Made by a program: the position numbers and the translations under genes
DNA from: Campylobacterota bacterium
GTDB lineage: Bacteria; Campylobacterota; Campylobacteria; Campylobacterales; Sulfurovaceae
DNA: 16,207 nt
Reading direction: 5' to 3'
Assembly: GCA_034722955.1 (NCBI GenBank)
Contig: JAYEOM010000048.1
Span: 1-16,207, forward strand
Part shown: positions 15,850 to 16,207 of the stretch, piece after piece
How positions within the stretch are numbered: position 1 is the first letter of the stretch
Layout of the letters: each line of letters starts with the position of its first letter
The notes under the pieces: model-generated
Database searches by the model: none
The model's input: only the letters and a program-made list of their open reading frames with translations
Told to the model about the DNA's origin: nothing

Positions 15850-16125
15850 AAAACATAATTAGAATTGAATTAATCATAACTATCTATACTATAAGTATAA
15901 ATAATCATAACAGTATTGATTTTATATTTAATAATGATTAATATTACCAATAGAAGAAGTTTTAAAAGATTCAGATAAAGATAAATGACTATGCAGGTTC
16001 AACTTATCAAATAATTAATAAAAATAGGACTGAAAATAAGATTAAATAATCGTAGCTTCAATTTATCGAAGAATCAATAAAAATAAATTAAAAAAGAGGG
16101 ATTAAAAAAGAAGTGAATAATCTCA

Positions 16126-16207
16126 AAGCGGCAGCGACCTACATTTCCACAAGCGTAGCCTGCAGTATTATCGGCGATGGGAGGCTTGACTTCCAGGTTC
16201 GGAATGG
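16126..16207 (-). rRNA. rrf: 5S ribosomal RNA (3' ~80 nt; 5' end outside window)
   Basis: Reverse complement reads CCAUUCCGAACCUGGAAGUCAAG...CGCCGAUAAUACUG...GAAAUGUAGGUCGCUGCCGC, matching conserved 5S loop C, loop E and 3' helix I. Confidence 0.96.

Noticed and set aside
472..15858. Many 60-139 aa alternative-frame and antisense ORFs in the track (e.g. 1795..2184, 6494..6913, 8371..8691, 9429..9701, 12843..13121)
   Set aside because: They lie within or largely overlap well-supported genes, mostly antisense, with no RBS or recognisable motif; shadow ORFs.
1..16207. CRISPR array, IS element, prophage, tRNA or selenocysteine recoding
   Set aside because: No regularly spaced repeats, transposase or integrase ORF, cloverleaf, or in-frame TGA at a catalytic position was seen; the intergenic hairpins differ in sequence and so are not one repeat family.

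Overview
AT-rich bacterial chromosomal segment, most consistent with a sulfur-oxidising Campylobacterota (Sulfurovum/Sulfurimonas-like; inferred from gene content and promoter style, not from a database search). Right to left on the minus strand: 3' part of a 5S rRNA gene, two tandem DUF3373-like outer-membrane beta-barrel paralogues, a periplasmic tandem-DUF302 protein, soxC-soxD-soxY-soxZ (no soxA/X/B/H in the window), a MOSC-domain protein and a second, larger DUF302 protein. A plus-strand pair follows (hypothetical protein and exported SoxW-like thioredoxin), then a minus-strand exported two-domain rhodanese with eroded motifs coupled to a YgiQ-family radical SAM gene. At the left edge is a 5'-truncated C10 (streptopain-like) cysteine protease with a C-terminal DUF4214-like domain. 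The most interesting signal is the set of uncharacterised envelope proteins around soxCDYZ, which may form an outer-membrane-to-periplasm sulfane-sulfur (S0/polysulfide) uptake and relay system. Long inverted repeats also recur just upstream of several genes in the cluster. No CRISPR array, transposase or tRNA was seen.
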